Positions 34,770 to 48,379 of a stretch of DNA of 64,000 bases are shown piece by piece; position 1 is the stretch's first letter; each line of letters opens with the position of its first letter. The stretch spans positions 40,548,001-40,612,000 of the forward strand of contig NC_043012.1 in NCBI RefSeq assembly GCF_006345805.1, written 5' to 3'. A program made the translations under genes and the position numbers. The notes under the pieces were generated by a model, which was given only the letters and a program-made list of their open reading frames with translations, was not told the origin of the DNA and ran no database searches. This DNA comes from Octopus sinensis (lineage: Eukaryota).

Positions 34770-35060
34770 GTGTGTGTTTCCTCTATGCACGGCCAAACCG
34801 CTTGATCAATCTGTACTAAATTTGGCATGAAGGTTTTTCATTACTTGGAAAAGATTCTAGTGGGGTCAAATTTTGGCCTTTGCCCATATAGGGGGCTGCT
34901 GCCCTACCCCCATACGACGCTTCCGATTTTTTTTTCAACGGCATAATACCAAATTCCGCATGAAAGTTTTTCATTACTCGGGAAAGGTTGTAGGTGGGGT
35001 TCATCAAATGTTGGCCCTTGTATACTCTAAAGTAAATAAAATGTTTTTACAAGTAAATGC
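34770..35060 (+). mobile_element. Possible Helitron-type non-autonomous fragment
   Basis: CACGGCCAAACCGCTTGATCAATCTGTACTAAATTTGGCATG resembles the CACAGCCAAACGGCTCGGTGGATTC segment at ~45700. ATGAAGGTTTTTCATTACT is internally duplicated. Confidence 0.4.
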
Positions 35061-35340
35061 CACGTTCAGCCGCGTCAGAAGTGCTTTTAACATTACTTCG
35101 TAAGGTTATCTCTACAGATATTCTATAAAAATTTTACCCAACTGATTTTTTACTACAACGTTTCGTATCGAGACGTCATGTGTTAAACAAAGAATGAGAT
35201 CGAAGACAAAAATGGCGAATGAGTGAACACGCCATGTTTCGTGGGGTGAGAGAGAAAGATATAAAGAAACAAGGGAGAGAGAGAGAGAGAGATAAATTTA
35301 AATACGTAAATATAAACAAACACATAACTATGTATATATA

Positions 35341-35460
35341 TGAATAGGATTTGATTGGTAGAAGATAGTCACATGACTGGTCTTAGAAATTTTTGTAAGT
35401 TCCAACAAAAATTTCTAAGACCAGTCATGTGACTATCTTCTACCAACCAAATCCTATTCA
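35341..35460. repeat. Hairpin with 56-bp arms, 8-nt loop and one mismatch
   Basis: TGAATAGGATTTGATTGGTAGAAGATAGTCACATGACTGGTCTTAGAAATTTTTGT / AAGTTCCA / reverse complement. Confidence 0.97.
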
Positions 35461-36174
35461 AAACATGTACTAATCTGAGCCATTGACCCCCTTCCCCATA
35501 AAAATAGGGCAAGCTTCAAACACAAGTCAGAAGCAAGACAGCTGCGACATAAGCCACGTCTTTCCATTTGAACTTTTTGAAAATCTATAAGCTGTGAAAC
35601 CGGTTAAAACTTCAAATTTATTAATAAAAAATATTTAACTATTCTCAGTGTATTTTCAGCTTCCATTTTTCCTGTATTTCTACTCGTGTAGAACAAAATA
35701 ACCTTGTTATATATATATAAGGAAAACAAGGTAGAAAATGCTAAAATAATCTCATCATAAAAAACATTTCAGTACCGGTTTCAGTCATTGAGACTTTTTC
35801 AACTCTAAGTATGGAAAACGATTAAATTGTGGAAAAATTAAATGAAAAGTTGTTTTTTTTTAATATTTCCATAGTATTCAAATCCAAGTGGCATTTTCCT
35901 TGTTTCTGCCAGTCTCTGTCTCTCTTTTTCTTACTCTTGTGGGTTCGAGATAGATATGAAAACTACCTCGAAGTGTGGTTGTAATATCTGTGGACGTGAA
36001 TGCCCGTACAAGCCAAAGAGCGGGGCATCTGTACAAATAACAGCCAGATACCCTTAAATAACACTTCTACCGTCAGTGTGGTGTATGCACGTGTATACGT
36101 ACGTGTGTGTATGCATGCAAATCTGTAATTATGAACGCATGTACGAATGTACGAGTGCGTGTATGTGTGTATAG

Positions 36175-36219
<45 letters not shown>

Positions 36220-36348
36220 GTGTATATACATGTGTGTATGCGTGTATGTGAATGTGTATGTGTAATATTTGTAAGTGTGAATATGTATATGTGTATATAG
36301 GTGTGTGTATGTACGTATATATATGTATATGCTTATATATATATACAC

Positions 36349-36381
<33 letters not shown>

Positions 36382-38718
36382 TATATACATATATATATAT
36401 AAGTTGTGTCTATGTGCATGTAGGTAAATGTGCTTGTGTGTGTATATATATGTGTATATATCTATATATCTTTATGTGCAAGCGCATGAGTGTGTGTGTG
36501 TATATATATATATATAGGTGTGTGTGTGTATATACATATGTAGTTGTGTGTGTGTATATGTGTGTGTTAACATATGACATATAATGAGTGTGTGTATATC
36601 TTTATACACACACATATGTATGTATGTGTGTATGTTACTGGGCTAGAGGTGAGCTGGATTGCTTGCCGAGTGGTGTGTGCGTCTCGGTCTTCCATAACAT
36701 TGGGGGTAGCTAACCAAGCATGGCGATGTGTCGGTGCAACACCGAGCGGAACCCCCTCCCCCCATCAAATAACCATTCTACTCTCACAAACCCTCACATC
36801 TCACTCACCCACCCACCTTCGTCACTTCTAGGTTTGACAGAACGTGTCAGAGAAACGCGTCAAATATTTTATTCTTTGCAAGTTTGGAACAACACCCGTA
36901 CCCAAACAGCCCCTCCCGTCCACCTGTGTTACCCTGCCCTCATTTCCTTCTCCTCCTCCCCGTTCACCTTTGTGTTCTTGAAAGAGTTCTAACATCCCTT
37001 CTTTTATAAAAGGGGTCTGCTGAGTTTCGCTTTGTAGAATTCGAGTGTTGAGTGGAAGTGTTGAGCTGCAGTTCACTCGTATTTGAGTAGAGGTGTATAT
37101 ATATATATATATATACATATATGTGTGTGTATATGTATATTTGTGTAAGTGTATATGTGTGTATATGTATATATCTGTATATATATGTGTATATATATGT
37201 ATGTGTGTATATGTATGTGCGTATATGTGTATATATATTTATGTATATGTATATGCACGTGTGTGTATATATATATATATGTATGTATATGCACGTGTGT
37301 GTGTGTATATATATGTATATATGTGTGTGTGCACGAACACTCACACACACATCTGTTAACTTATGCAATGCAGTAAGCTGCATGACACTTCCAAATGAGC
37401 ACACCACCCTTACACCATCCGACACCCCTTTAATGTACACTGCATCACTTTGCGCCACATTACAGCGCGACCAGCTCGAAATAACAGGCAATTTTACAAG
37501 CAAATAATACAAGAGGGCCTTGTAACAGCGCGGGGCACGTTAGGTACATGAATTCCTGGACCGCTGTCGGAGCTGAACTGGGATTAAATTACAACCACAC
37601 TACAAAAATCCTGTGAAGGGAACCTCATATGTAGTCACTCGTTGTGCTAGAAAGAGCAGCCAAATCTAAAAATTAAACAAAAAAGACGAGGTATATTCGA
37701 TGATGTATTCGTAGACACGATGTATCTGACAAACAAAATATACGTGGGGAGGTTCGTGCTTGGAACAGTTTTTTTGTTTTTTTAACACAGATCTTTCCTT
37801 TTTTTATCTTCACAACAGCAACAAAGCTGCCCTGGGTTTTAAACAACACCACCAGCATCTACTTCACATAAAGGACTATAAAACCGCTTCAACGATGTCA
37901 AAGAATCACATATTTGGTTCAAGGGGAAAAGAAGGCATCAGTCACTATTCCATCCATTCCTAAAATTCTGTGGTGAACTTTTCTTTATCGTGCTCCCATT
38001 TTTTGGTGTTTGGAGGCTGGCGTTGGTTGCCTGGCAATGGAGTTCTTTCTTTTGTTTTTTGTTTTAAATGTCGGTTGTTTCTGATGGAATGAATTTAACT
38101 TTGTACTGCCATCCAAAATTCCTCGTTCTCAACTTTGATTCCTAGATTTCGCAGCTGAGGTTTCTCTCGCTTTGATTCCCAAACCATTTAGTTACCATAT
38201 ATTTCCATCTCCCTTCTACATTCTTTTGGCTTATTTGAAGCAGAAACCATTCTGTATTTTTGTACGTTTTGCAGCCATTTGTATTTATTCCAAATATTTT
38301 TATAGTCCTATACTAAGATATTTTATAAATGCCTAGATATTATAAAATACTGCCCCAATATTTATGACAAACATATTTCAGCATCTGACTTTGCATGCCA
38401 TATCTTGGATTCTGTCATTATTTTCCATCTATTTTTACCACATCCAGCTAAAAAACAAATTATAACTGTCATCTAAAGTATATACATACATGTATGTGTG
38501 TATGTATGTAATATATAGTGTGCGCGAGTGCGTGCTAAATAAATCTATTTCCGTATAAATATTTAAGCATTTATAATTTAATATGTACGTCTCGATTCAA
38601 TTTTTTGTCTCCCATCGTTTTTATACACTCACACGCACATATGAATTCGGTGATTTTATTCTATGTTGTAATATATTCATATCCATAGAACACTTCAGTA
38701 AGCTTTTAAACCGACATA

Positions 38719-39242
38719 CCGTAAATCCTCGAGTATAGTCCGCCCTTCAGTTTATTACGCAAAGGGATTTTTAGGGGGCTGTACGTCTGAAAAACCTTAA
38801 CCTTGTGTATAATACGGACCCCTTCTCTAACTTGAGTCGTGCGTAATTAAGCCAGCAGTACATAGTCGAACAAACACTTCCGCGCATGCGTAATACAATA
38901 ATGGTGATGTTCTTAACTGTTATATGGGAATGTAAATATGTTTGCAAATTGTTTTTGTTACATGTTAGTCTGTGTTCTGAATACTTTTATTTTAATAAGT
39001 GTTGCTTACTGCAAGTTATGGATGATTCTTTAATGACTTCATTGCTTTCAGGCTTAGCTTAAGGTATTTTCGCGTCCGACCTCACAAAATGCGTCTGAAT
39101 AGACATTGCCGGACAGCAAATAGAGAGTCGGACATTACTTAGAAAATATTTTTCATTTTTAACCTTGTATATAGTACGCACTAGAGATTTTGACCGTTAA
39201 ATTTGGGGGGGGGGAATGCGGATTATACTCAAGGATTTACGG
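38719..39242. mobile_element. pogo/Tc2-like MITE
   Basis: TA + CCGTAAATCCTCGAGTATAGTCCGC ... GCGGATTATACTCAAGGATTTACGG + TA (25-bp TIRs, TA TSD). Confidence 0.88.
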
Positions 39243-39834
39243 TACATTCTTGTATTTGAGAAACATGTATCGTCTATATTATAACATGAGCTGAATTCCT
39301 CTGTCCGTCTGTTCATCCGTAATACTCTCTCGTCATGTCAAGATGAGTTTCAAGTAATTTGTTTAAAGAAATGAAATAAAAAGCAGCGAATTTATTCCTT
39401 GAATCCATTTATTCAACGTAAGGAAAGATAAGGTTTACGGTTTAATTTTGGTCGATATTTATTCTTCTTTCTCAATAACAACAGGTTGTGTGATGAAAGG
39501 AAAATGATAAAGATGGCGATACTGGAAGAAGAAAAATACTGGTTTAGGAATTAGTGAGTGATTTACTAAAACGTTCAGTCAATAAAACAATTAATTCTGC
39601 TGTTTGTAAGATAAATATATTATTTCCAATTTAAATATTCGTTGACAGACAACTGGTAATAATGAATATTCTTGCAACGCACTGGCGTTTCGTCTTGTGG
39701 GGGAGATATACGTCACAGAAAACCGTAAAACCGGCCTTATAAGTCTCCATTACTCGGGAGCGAGTTTTTTCCTCTCTGTCTGTCTCTGTTTTCATGTACG
39801 TATTGATGTAATTTCTTCTCTTAACATTATATTG

Positions 39835-40045
39835 GTTTCAAATTTTGGCAGCAATTTTAAGTGGAGTGGGATAGGGTGAAGTCGATTACATCGGTTCCAG
39901 TGTTCAAATCGTACTTTTTTTTTATCGATCCGGAATGGATGTAAGGCAAAGTCGACGTTGGTGGAATTTGAACTCAGAACATAAAGACGGACGAAATACT
40001 GCTAAGCATTTTTGTTTGACGCGCTAACGATTCTGCCAGCTCCCC
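39835..40045 (-). mobile_element. SINE family B, tail type 2
   Basis: GGCAAAGTCGACGTTGGTGGAATTTGAACTCAGAAC...TTCTGCCAGCTC. Confidence 0.88.
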
Positions 40046-40105
40046 GTCTTCTGGTAGCATATTATATACACCTCTGTATTCGATGAAGTTTGATAGGTTT
40101 AAACT

Positions 40106-40280
40106 GGTACTCCGTCGGTTACAGTTGATCCGATCAACAGAACAGCCTGCTCATGAAATTAACATGCAAGTGGCTGAATACTCCACAGACACGCATATCT
40201 TTAACATAGTTCCCAAAGAGGTTCAACATGACACAGAATGTGACGAGGCTGGCTCTTTTGAACAACTTACAATAGTGTTG
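40106..40280 (-). mobile_element. Isolated SINE tail X
   Basis: ACTCCGTCGGTTAC...CGATCAACAGAACAGCCTGCTCATGAAATTAAC, shared with the 47003 and 63232 copies. Confidence 0.8.
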
Positions 40281-40359
40281 ATTCCTTCGCATTTCACACA
40301 CACACACACACACATAGGAGGGAAAGTCAAAAATGATGCGCACTTTCGCCATAACATAT

Positions 40360-40530
40360 CTTTATTATTGTCAAACTGCAATCTGCGCATGCGTGCTTAT
40401 AATTGGTACTATTTTGCTCACGTGATCGAACTTTGAGCCTGGTCGTGCCATTTTTTTCTGGCTTTACAGTGTAAGCATGGCCGCTCCATTAGCAATGTGC
40501 ACCAAAGAAGAACAGAGAGCAGTGATCCGA
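40360..40530 (+). mobile_element. Mariner transposon 5' fragment (transposase start)
   Basis: ATG at 40477 gives MAAPLAMCTKEEQRAVIR, the typical mariner N-terminal helix; truncated by a SINE head. Confidence 0.7.
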
Positions 40531-40696
40531 GAGACGGTAATGGTGAACCGAACTTAAAACCTTACGATCGTAAGTCGAATATTCTAACCACTAAGCCACT
40601 TACCTTCACTCGGTATATTTAAATGCATGAATTCATCCAGAAAACTTTTACAGCGAATTATTCCATGTCTGCAGCAATTTTCAGTATAAGATTACA

Positions 40697-40830
40697 TTAG
40701 GTTGGTGCATAATTATTGCGGCTTTTTTTTTTTCAACAAATTTTATTCAACAAAAACAATAAACAACGTGTAACAAAAACATCTTTAAATGATTATTCCG
40801 CAGCATATTCACCATCTACTTCAATTACTG
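40697..40830 (+). mobile_element. Mariner-derived MITE, left half
   Basis: TTAGGTTGGTGCATAATTATTGCGG TIR; same family as 62891-63115. Confidence 0.85.
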
Positions 40831-41227
40831 GAGAATAAAATATCAAATATCTATTCCATACCGTACTATTACAATTTGGTATTTAGGTTCTTTTTCCAAC
40901 AGATTTTTTTTTTATGGTTTCAGTACCTGGATTGCGTTCATACTGAAGCGCCACTTAGAATTTTGTCCTCTTGGTCGCTAACATTATCGAACACAGAGCA
41001 CAATTTAAGTCTGGGCCTATTTAAACCGTACAGTATAATCGAACCTTAGACCATGTGTTTGAAGGAACTAAAATTTTAACGTAACGTCTACGTTATTATT
41101 TATTATTTTTCTTTTAATAAATGTCATTAATTATGTATCGGTCCCCGGGGGTGGGAGATACTGATTGACGACGCCCTTGAACCATAGATTTGAAAATGAA
41201 AACCTGTGAGGGGTCGTATTGTAAATA

Positions 41228-41580
41228 TTTAGTCCGGCATATTGTACAGTCTTTAATCTAGCATATAGTATTATATTTTGGAAGGCAACTGTACTGGCAT
41301 ATCGGCCCGCCGTTAATCCGGTATATCGAACCGTCTCTAATCCGGCATTGTGCCATCTCTAATCTGGCACATTGTATTATTATTCAGCACAGTACACTGT
41401 CTCTCATTCAGCATGATGTACTCTCTTACATTCGGCGTAGTGTACTCTTTCATTCGGCATAATGTATTCTCTTTCGTTTGGTATAACGTACTCTCTTTCA
41501 TTGGGCACATAGTACTATCTTTAATCCGGCATAACGTACCACCTTGAATCTAACATATTACACTACCTTTTGTCCGATAC
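41228..41580. repeat. Degenerate ~22-24-bp minisatellite (about 14 units)
   Basis: Consensus near CTCTTTCATTCGGCATAATGTA / TTAATCCGGCATAACGTA. Confidence 0.8.
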
Positions 41581-42779
41581 TTTTGCTTTATTACTAATTC
41601 TAAACCAAAATCTCTGCAAAGCACCGAAATTCCCTACATAGTCTTTTAATACTCTTCGCCTCTCTGTTCTCTCGGCAGAAATCCTGCCGAAGTCAGATTT
41701 GCCTTTCAGCTTTTCGGATTCGAGAAACAGAAACGGTCATTTGAGATTCGCTCATTCCTCCTCCTCCTCTTCTTCTTCTTTATTTCTTGTATATTTTTCT
41801 TCCTTCCTTACTCTCTTTTATTCTTTCATCGTCTAATTTACCAAATGCATTTTTAAAAAAAATTCATCTGTCTGTGTTAATGGCATTAAAATGAATAAAT
41901 ATATACAAAGATCACGATGCCAATTTGTTAAAATACATCCATCCCGCCTCTTTTCTCTCTCTGTCCTCTAAATCTAATGAATCTTATTAATTTTATTCTT
42001 GAAATACCAAACGAACAACGAATGTAGCTTACCTTGTTTTCAAAGACAGATCTGTTATGGTTTCTGTTACAACAGGATACAACACCTCATTGTTTCAGCA
42101 GTTATTCCCGTCAAATTCTTCACGTTAACATATTGCCTCTTAAGAGCCAATCGGCTGTTTAGAACAAAATAACTATTGCAAGTTTGTTGCTACTATCGTT
42201 ACTACTGTTAGTATTGCTGTTGTTTTTATAGCAAAAATGTGTGGAGAAGGTTGCGTATTTAACGAGGCATAACAACGAAGGTTCGCATTTTTGACTTGAG
42301 GGCTTTTAGACTATTTGGGGGTTTACTTAGATTCTGATTAGGTTTTTGAAGGAAGACTTATATTATCGAAAGAAATGGCTCTAGGAGAATCTTGCGCTCG
42401 ATTAAAAAGATACCTGCACTTTACCTTTAGAATGTACAGAAAATGTGAAGGAGTCTCTAAATGGTAGCTCTGTTTGCCAGAAATAGAAGCTAAATCTCCC
42501 TTCTTAAATAGAGTTGGATACATTATATACAAGGTACAAGGTACAATGTCTGAACGAAAATAAAAGACGAGATGATTACTGCTGGAATGCATCTGCTGTT
42601 TTTTTTTATATCGCCTGACCTAGGATTAAACAACATGGTACATACAGTGCCCCAGCATGGCCAAAACCTACAATTAGGTTAACGCAACAACAGTAACGTT
42701 TTTGGCGAGTGGGTGTACGTTTAAGTTATCTTTTTAATCAGTTGGGTTTCTAAGGAAAAGCGGAATCAGGAGATTCACG

Positions 42780-43035
42780 TCTACAAGACTGGAAAATGTA
42801 AGAGTTTAACCATCAGACTAAGAGAACCTGGCTTTCAAACCAAAGTCCTGTACATGGAGGTGGGTGCGAGTCGGTTTGTTGGGAAATATGCAGACGGTCG
42901 CGTAAAGCCGCCCTCAGTTTTGGGGAGAAAGAGAACCAGAGCTGTTAAGGTGATGGCAGAAGCAGCTAGAAGAATTTCAACTGGATCTAATCAAGGAGAA
43001 ATGGAAGCGGTTTTCAGAAGGCAGAATTTTCTTTA
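42780..43035 (+). mobile_element. Restriction-like-endonuclease non-LTR element 3' end (HERO/NeSL-like)
   Basis: MEVGASRFVGK...GRKRTRAVKVMAEAARR matches the EVGARGFV...AEAAE C-terminal motif of RLE-type elements. Confidence 0.7.
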
Positions 43036-43219
43036 GAGTCAACTGGCGTCTTAGACTAAACTAGTTACAACGTTCAAGACATCTTGGTTTTAAGGCATCT
43101 TAATCGTCTAGGAGGGTTGCATTACAGACTGTAGAATAGAACGTAGCAACATAGGAAAATTCAAGAGTCGTGACCTGAAAGCGGTCCGGTTCCTTTAGAG
43201 TATAAGGAGTTAAAAAAAA

Positions 43220-43690
43220 ACTGGCACTGTCGGTTACGACGAGTGTTCCAGTTGATTCGAGCAACGGAACAGCCCGTTCGTGAAATCAACGTGCAGTGGC
43301 TTAGCATTCCACACACATGCGGACGTAGATTTAGCTTGACACAGAACGTGACAAGATTGGAGGGGACTAGTCGATTACATCGACCCCGGTGTTTCACTGG
43401 TACTTAATTTATCGACCTCCGAAAGGATGGAAGGCAAAGTCGGCAGACGAAATACCTATTTCTTTACTACCCAGAAGGGGCTAAATACAGAGGGGACAAA
43501 CAAGGACAGACAAACGGATAAAATCGATTATATTGACCCCAGTGCGTAACTAGTACTTTTTTTATCGACCCCGAAAGGATGAAAGGCAAAGTCGACCTCG
43601 GCGGAATTTGAACTCAAAACGTAACGGCAGACGAAATACCGCTATGCATTTCGCCCGGCGTGCTAACGTTTCCGCCAGCTCGCCGCCTTT
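43220..43690 (-). mobile_element. SINE-B dimer whose second unit carries tail X
   Basis: Full B copy 43455-43690, junction GACGAAATAC|CTATTTCTTTACTACCC, truncated B body, then tail X (GTTCCAGTTGATTCGAGCAACGGAACAGCC). Confidence 0.85.
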
Positions 43691-44276
43691 GAGTAGTAGT
43701 AGTAGTAATAATAATAATAATAATAATCTCTACCACCACCAAACTTCGAAACCCTAAAAAAAATGCAATTGTTCTTTGTTGTGCCTCGTTGCAGCCCTTT
43801 TATCAAAACATGTCGGGCTTGAAGGCGGCGGCGGCGGCAAGAACAGCAACGGCTTGAAAAGCTAATTTGCAGAAGTTTATTATAAACAGGCAAATGTCTC
43901 GAAAGATCAAGAATACGTAATATATTAACGTTAAGAATTTGCTGGCGAATAATTCTAAAACACGAAACTAGATGTTTCCTGTTGCTAAAGAAACAAATAC
44001 AGATCTGTCTTTCGAAACAAGACAGAAGGCGAAAAAAAAAAAAGAAAAAGAAAAAATCGTACACACACACACACACACACACACAAAACGATATTTGGTT
44101 TGGTATTCCAAGAATAATTCAACAAAGATTCTCTCTGGTTAGTTTAATGTGAGGTGTTAAGAGATGAGTGTGGGGTGAGGGGGGGCGGTGAAATGGGGGT
44201 ATTTAGTCAATTATCATTATCGTGTATCTCTTATACAACCGGATCTTGCATTTGCAACAAACGATTATTCTATCAT

Positions 44277-44308
<32 letters not shown>

Positions 44309-45543
44309 TGAGGATGTTGTAAGGGACATAGCTATGTGGTTGTGGGTATTCGTATCGCCGTCATGATGTCGTGGGTTCCATTTGTTGACCGGGCGATGCG
44401 TTGTGCAAGACACTTTATTTTACGGTGCTCCAGTATGGTCAACAAAAAACGAATAACACTCGAATACAGGTACAACAACCCTTTCCACCACCCCTCTCTC
44501 TCTCTCTCTCTCTCTCTCTTTCATATCCTGGATGTACCGCGAGATGGGAGAGTCCGAGAGGGGTCCTATGTCTTCCTGGGACTTTACAGGCACCGAAAAC
44601 AATTAGAGAAAGCGTGGTACATACAACCAGCCCCTACCCGTTCGTGGGTAACAGCTGACTCCAGAAACAAAAATTAAAAATTCTAAGGTTGTGATTGGTA
44701 AAATCGTGAGGCAGTCAGACAAAATACCTTGTGGTATTCATTTCGATTCCCTTATATTCTGAGTTCGAATCTCACAATGATAGACTTTATATATATATAT
44801 ATATATATTTCCGGGTCGATAAAATAAAAGTGCAAGTCAAGGGCGATGGGCCGACAGAATTGTTTGAACGTTGACAAAATCCTTCGTAATAGTTGTTCCG
44901 CCGTGAGTTCTCCTGCGGCGGTGCCGACTCGAAGATGTATCATCCCTTGGTTGCCTCTAAGACATCATCGGTGATAGGTGTTCCGCTCACAATCATAATG
45001 TCGGGAGTTCAATTCCTAGATCGAGTGGAAGCATATAACCTTGCTGCTGATCTTCTTTAAGAACATTTTCAAGCACAGGTTCAACTCTGGTGTACGTAAT
45101 CGTTAGCTTTATATCCTGCGGGGAAACTTGATCAAATGTTTTCTGGCAGCACTTTGTGGGTGGTAGAATTTGATCCTCGAAAAACTCGACTTTTTCAATC
45201 CAAACGGCTTTTAACTCACTGTTTAACGCTGTTATTTATAACTTTATTTGCTTAGAAATTCATTGTTCCAAAAACAGAAAGCAATTATTTCACGTTCTTG
45301 AAGTTTATAAATTCTTGTCAACAACAGACAATTCTCGCAGCTAAGATTAAAATTTATAAAATACAGGAATTCAAAGATTTGCTTTGGTCCAATGGAAGAA
45401 CGTCTGTCATGCTTACAGGTGAAGGTTCCTATCCATAGGCAGCCTCCGACTTCCATCCACAAGGCGTTTTGACCCAATATTTAAACAGTATTATTTACAG
45501 CCTTATTTGTTTCTAGACTCACCGTTCTTAAAAATAATATACA

Positions 45544-45622
<79 letters not shown>

Positions 45623-45633
45623 ATATAAATACA

Positions 45634-46500
45634 TCTATATATATAATATAAATTGGACATGGGCAACTGTTGGATTCTTTCTTGTCTTGAGGTTCACAGC
45701 CAAACGGCTCGGTGGATTCGCGTGAAAAATGGCACACATGTGGAGATGGGTGTATAGACTGAAACGCGGTTTGTATTTTTTCCTAGCCCCATACTTACCG
45801 AGAAAATCGATTCAAACTTTTACTAATAGAATGCCCCTGTTTGTTCCGCCATTAAAACAACCAGTTGCTCACACAGCCGGCATATACCATTTCGCTAGCA
45901 ACAAGGGGAATACAGGATGACAGTCAGCCAAAACCTTCGCTATGCTGTCTCTCTTCTTTCACCTCTTTGTGGGGTTAATAATCTTCATCTTTAGTTACAG
46001 TTTCTCATTAAAACTATATAATACGCAGAATTGTCGGATAAAGACAGTAGGGTGTTTTGAGAGAGATTTGGCTGCTATTTTTAGCAGGTCTAGCTACCAT
46101 GTAGAGGTTGGAACTTAATTTTCATTCACATATTTGCATTTCAAAATTTAACATAATCTTTTCCATAAATCAACCATCATTAAAACTTTCTGCCATGACC
46201 TCACATTTTCTATGTATGAGTGTGTACCTTAAAAGACGTGATTAGACAGAGGTCTAGAATAGCTCTCAGAAATAGAATAGCTCTCAGAAATAGACTACGT
46301 ACAAATTCTTTCTTCACAACTCCTGAAGCTGTTTTCTAACAAGGGGTGGGGTCAGGAAATTTTCATTCAGCTGGAGGTTCCAATCGAAACAGGGGACCCG
46401 AAATGATAAGGTTGAAAAACGCTGTTATAGATTATGCCTAACTGAAAACGATCACAGCCACATCATCCAAACAGACCGGGTGAAACCGGGCTTAGCTGCT

Positions 46501-46502
<2 letters not shown>
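45634..46502 (+). mobile_element. Non-autonomous Helitron-like element (ends recognisable, interior mixed)
   Basis: 5' A|TCTATATATA; 3' CCGGGTGAAACCGG hairpin followed by ...CTGG|T (variant of CTAG). The two ends may belong to separate fragments. Confidence 0.5.
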
Positions 46503-46580
<78 letters not shown>

Positions 46581-47002
46581 CAACTTCCAGTTGACCCAAT
46601 CTTTGTAAGTGAAACTAGGTGTGCGAAAACTGTATAGAAGCCTTTCGGATAGATTGTTCCTGTAACTCAAAGACGGTCTTGTCATGTTTATTCTATCTGA
46701 AAAATCACTTTAAGGGTAGGTTTGTGGAATACTCAGTCAGTAATTCAATGAGTCTAATGGATGGGCGTCATACCATACCTAAGTAATGTAGTTTGCACAC
46801 GCTCGGAAACAGTAGGTGCGGAGAGTGCAAGGGCTTCCTCCTAAAATTTTGTTGGGGGCAATGAAAACGCTTTGAACATCCTCAAGAAAAACTTCATTGC
46901 CAACACGAATGAGCGTTGAAAGGTTTTTTTTTCTTTTTTTTTCTTTTGAAAATTTGAAATATTACTTTTCCATTACCGGATGGATCTGATCTGAATTAAA
47001 AA

Positions 47003-47322
47003 GACTCCGCCGGTTACGATGACGAGGGTCCCAGCTGATACGATCAACGGAACAGCTTGCTCGTGAAATTAACGTGCAAATGGCTGAGCATTCCACAGAC
47101 ACGTGTACCCTTAACGTAGTTCTCGGGGATAATCAGCGTGACACAGAGAGTGACAAGGCTGACCCTTTGAAATACAAGTACAACTCATTTTTGCCAGCTG
47201 AGTGGACTGGAGCAACGTGAAATAAAGTGTCTTGTTCAAGGACACAACGCGTCGCCAGGAATCGAACTCACAACCTTACGATCATGAGCCAAATGCCCTA
47301 ACCACTAAGCCACGCGCCCTCA
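47003..47322 (-). mobile_element. SINE with D body and tail X, full length
   Basis: Head AACCACTAAGCCACGCGCC and GGAATCGAACTC, body GAGTGGACTGGAGCAACGTGAAATAAAGTGTC, tail X. Confidence 0.92.
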
Positions 47323-48379
47323 CTGATCTGAATTATTGTTGTTATTATTATTATTCATGTATTTGTTTTGTTATTAAGATTGAAAAAATCGACCTTGTTT
47401 GTAAAAAAAAACCCATTTAAACATGGGTTTGCATCCTCTAAGCAAATTTCGTTCCTGCACTTATAGTTCGAAGATTTAAACTGTTCTATTCTCTTCATTT
47501 CTCTTCTCTCTCTCTCTTTCTCTCTCTCTCTATATATATCTATCTATCTACATACATACACACACACACACGCACAGTTTATCTCTTTTACTGTTACAGA
47601 AATGGTAAACAAGATTCTAAACACGCACTTACCTTTGACATAAACCATATTTCAACGAAATTGTTTCCACACATTCTTCATAACGCATTCCTCATTTGAC
47701 AAACGTCCTTCAGGATATGGCCCACATCCCTCCTCCTCCTCCTACTACTGCTACCATTATTACCACCACCACCACCACCACTACTACTACTACCATTATT
47801 AATACCACCACCACCACCACTACCACTACTACTACTACTACTCTCCTTTTGACCTTTCGCTTCCAAATATAAGATACTGTTATGTCAACTGTCGTGCGTG
47901 TTGAGAGATTTTACATCTCGTTCGAAATGGTCTCCGTTTGTCAATAATTTGAAACTTTTATCAAATATTGCTGTTTTCATTAGTGATGACTTTGTCCTTT
48001 ATATTGTTACTGTTTAACCCCGGGTCAGCTGTGATGAGGGCATTCCAGCCATGACCAGCTGTTCCATCTTGATTTCAGACCGTATATTCAAGAGCACATC
48101 GTCCAATGTTCCCTTAGTTTAAGCTGGGGTGGTTTGAGGTGCGTTCGATTGTTACTTATCGTAAGCCGAATGACCACAGTATTACGAAAATTTAAAACAA
48201 AGAAGGGGGCATAATTCTGTAAGCTTTCTTCAGGTGGGAGAGGGCTCCGTGGTATTTAACTATGCTATTTTACAGTCTGTGTTCGAATCTTGATAAAATC
48301 ATTTCCAGAATCGATAAGCTAAAATACCAGTGATATACGGCGTTAGTTATTTCTCCTTTCACAAACCTCATATTATTGA

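Noticed and set aside
38000-38450. Possible R4/Dong-type RT C-terminal relic on the minus strand
   Set aside because: Only a few residues resemble the motif; cannot be supported by eye.
41228-41580. CRISPR-like periodicity (also the SINE-B arrays)
   Set aside because: No constant repeat with unique spacers, no cas genes, and a eukaryotic context.
46257-46292. 18-bp direct duplication AGAATAGCTCTCAGAAAT x2 (similar one at 8905-8965)
   Set aside because: Ordinary slippage duplication with no associated structure.
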